Source of the DNA: Camelus dromedarius
Taxonomy: Eukaryota
Direction: 5' to 3'
Assembly: GCF_036321535.1 (NCBI RefSeq)
Contig: NC_087437.1
Coordinates: forward strand, 55,554,001-55,618,000
DNA length: 64,000 nt
Part shown: positions 62,216 through 64,000 of the stretch, one piece after another
Position numbering within the stretch: position 1 is the first letter of the stretch
Layout: each line of letters starts with the position of its first letter
Translations under genes and position numbers: made by a program
The notes under the pieces: generated by a model
Told to the model about the DNA's origin: nothing
The model's database searches: none
The model's input: only the letters and a program-made list of their open reading frames with translations

Positions 62216-63679
62216 CACACTAATCAGAAGGTAAACCAATACCAAATGCAAAATTACTGAGTAAAGCCATGTGATTTAGTGGAAACATGTCACTTGATCA
62301 GGAAATTGAGTCCCAGCTCTTCCTGGTCATGTGACATTGGACAAGCAAATCTCTTCTTTGATTACCTTCCTTCATCCATAGCAGTTTATCTTGGGCACAG
62401 TATGTGTCGTATATCTACCATCCGATGTACACAAACTCTATTTTCCAAGTGTGGCATGGATATCTAGAGAGCTTCCCATAAGCCCTGGCTCTGCATCCAG
62501 GGTCACACATTTGCATTACAGTGGGGGAGGGTTAATATTTTTGTTTATCTGTACCTGAGAACAAAGATAAATTAAAGGACCTATTCGGGGATTCAGCCCC
62601 CAAAATCAAACCCACCACTGACACAGGACACAATTCTTAATTCATAAAAATCTACTGAAAATATTAGCTATCGGTTAGTAGTGGGCTTTAAAAACCTATG
62701 TTTACTAAAGTCCCTTTGGTGTCAGTAGGATAATATCAATCAAACTTTGTTTAGCTTATATCAAAAGTAATGCAATAGTGCTCCTTTATGAAATTATACA
62801 GTCTGATTTTGTTCATATTTTATAGATTAAAATAGACTTTCTAATCATAAACTCCAGTGGCAGATTCTGAGGCAAAATTTAACCTTTAGTCAAGGTTTGG
62901 TCCCAGCCAAAAACATGAGAAATGTCTTAAAGTATTTTTAAACTCTTAAAAAAAGTTACGCTAACTGAAAAGAAAAATATTTTTTACTAAGAACTGCTGT
63001 TTATCTGAGTACTTTTAGGTGTAGTCAGGTTTTTCACACATCCCACATTCACCTAGAATTTAGGGCTGAATATTAATATTTCTTCTTTTTATTCCTACTA
63101 TAAATACTGTATTTTGGGATTTTTGGATTGGATGAGCTTTTATAGTTTCTTTTATACCCATTTAAATATTTAAGATCCTGTCAGATCTTCTCCTGACATG
63201 ATGATGTTGACACATACAAGGCTGCATGAAGAACAAAAGCAAAAAGGAGGTTCAGTTCGGTCACACAACTGGCTGGCTGCTTATTGTGAAAACCGATGCA
63301 GTGATTAAACTTGCAAATCTAACTTCTCTCTCTTCCCAGGTTTATTAAAAAACGAAACAAAACAAAACAAAGACTGTGTTCTTAAATGCCTACCACTTTC
63401 TACAAGAAAACAATATTTTAGGTCAGAATTGTTACTCCTCTTTCCTTATATGTAAAAAAATCAATAGAATCTCACATGCTAGGACATGTCACCCTCAACC
63501 TATTGGGCCACACACACAAAAATAAACCCATGGTATTTTAATTCATGACATTTTCTTCCATAGCTATATGAATTCTCAAGGTTTTTTTACTGGAGAGTCT
63601 TCTGCTGTCCAGATTCCTATTGCTGGCTGGAGATGCCCACCAATGCTACAGATAGAACATTGCAGTCCCACGGGTTCCT

Positions 63680-64000
63680 ATTGAAGTTGAGGACAGTCAC
63701 CAGTCAGATCCTTTCAACTATAACTTACTTAATGATAATGAACAGTAACCTGCCTTCACCGATCAAGCTCACTTTAATGTTTTCACAAAAACTTGCATGT
63801 CCTCCAAGGATCATGTAGCCTAAACAATAGGATGTTTGCCCAAGTTGCTTTTCAGGGACTTGGAGTCAGCTTTGTCTAGTTGGAGCTCGAGCCAGGTAAG
63901 ACTGGTTGAGACCACCAACCCTCCGGCTGGGCATGCGTGACTTTTGATGGCACAGGGCTGGAAACTCCACCCTCAGAACACGCGGGGGCAGCCCTTTCAC
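63680..64000 (+). mobile_element. ERV1-type LTR (MER89/90/110-like), running off the window end
   Basis: 'tcagggacttggagtcagctttgtc...gttgagaccacc...acttttgatggcacagggc...aaactccaccctcaga'. Confidence 0.55.

Noticed and set aside
1..64000. CRISPR array, prokaryotic operon/defence system, NUMT, processed pseudogene, CpG island
   Set aside because: No regularly spaced repeats, no long ORFs, no mitochondrial or mRNA-like segment recognised, and CpG stays depleted throughout
1..64000. Inferring host-gene direction from retroelement strand bias
   Set aside because: Young L1s split 2 plus / 2 minus; three minus-strand SINEs and a modest L2 skew are too few to conclude

Overview
Mammalian non-coding DNA (intergenic or deep intronic), AT-rich and CpG-depleted. 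I see no supportable protein-coding exon, RNA gene, CpG island or CRISPR array, and I could not identify the host locus. Three tRNA-derived SINEs (head GGGGAGGGTATAGCTCAGTGGTAGAG..., Vic-1-like) and the young L1 3' ends point to a camelid genome (camel/alpaca/llama); this is recognition from memory, not a search. Much of the window is transposon fossil: MIR, L2, CR1/L3, old L1M, MaLR/ERVL/ERV1 LTRs, MER5, Tigger1, MER47/Tigger5, and a ~1.3 kb hAT (Blackjack-type) transposase remnant. The listed ORFs are chance or repeat-derived, apart from the L1 ORF2 C-terminus at 51583-51728 and broken transposase frames near 9.55-9.8 kb. I found no convincing new biological system. The strongest direct observation is a 44-bp templated insertion copied from 46228-46271 into a Tigger5/MER47 element at 47452-47495. 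Other leads are a triple TSD-like repeat at an L1, a GC-shifted L2, and motif-dense unique blocks that may be enhancers (NF-kB/AP-1/ETS at 11.1-11.45 kb, MEIS/TGIF at 45.3-45.4 kb, RFX at 41.3 kb, homeodomain at 34.6 and 39.5-40 kb). Boundaries and subfamily names of old repeats are approximate, by-eye calls.
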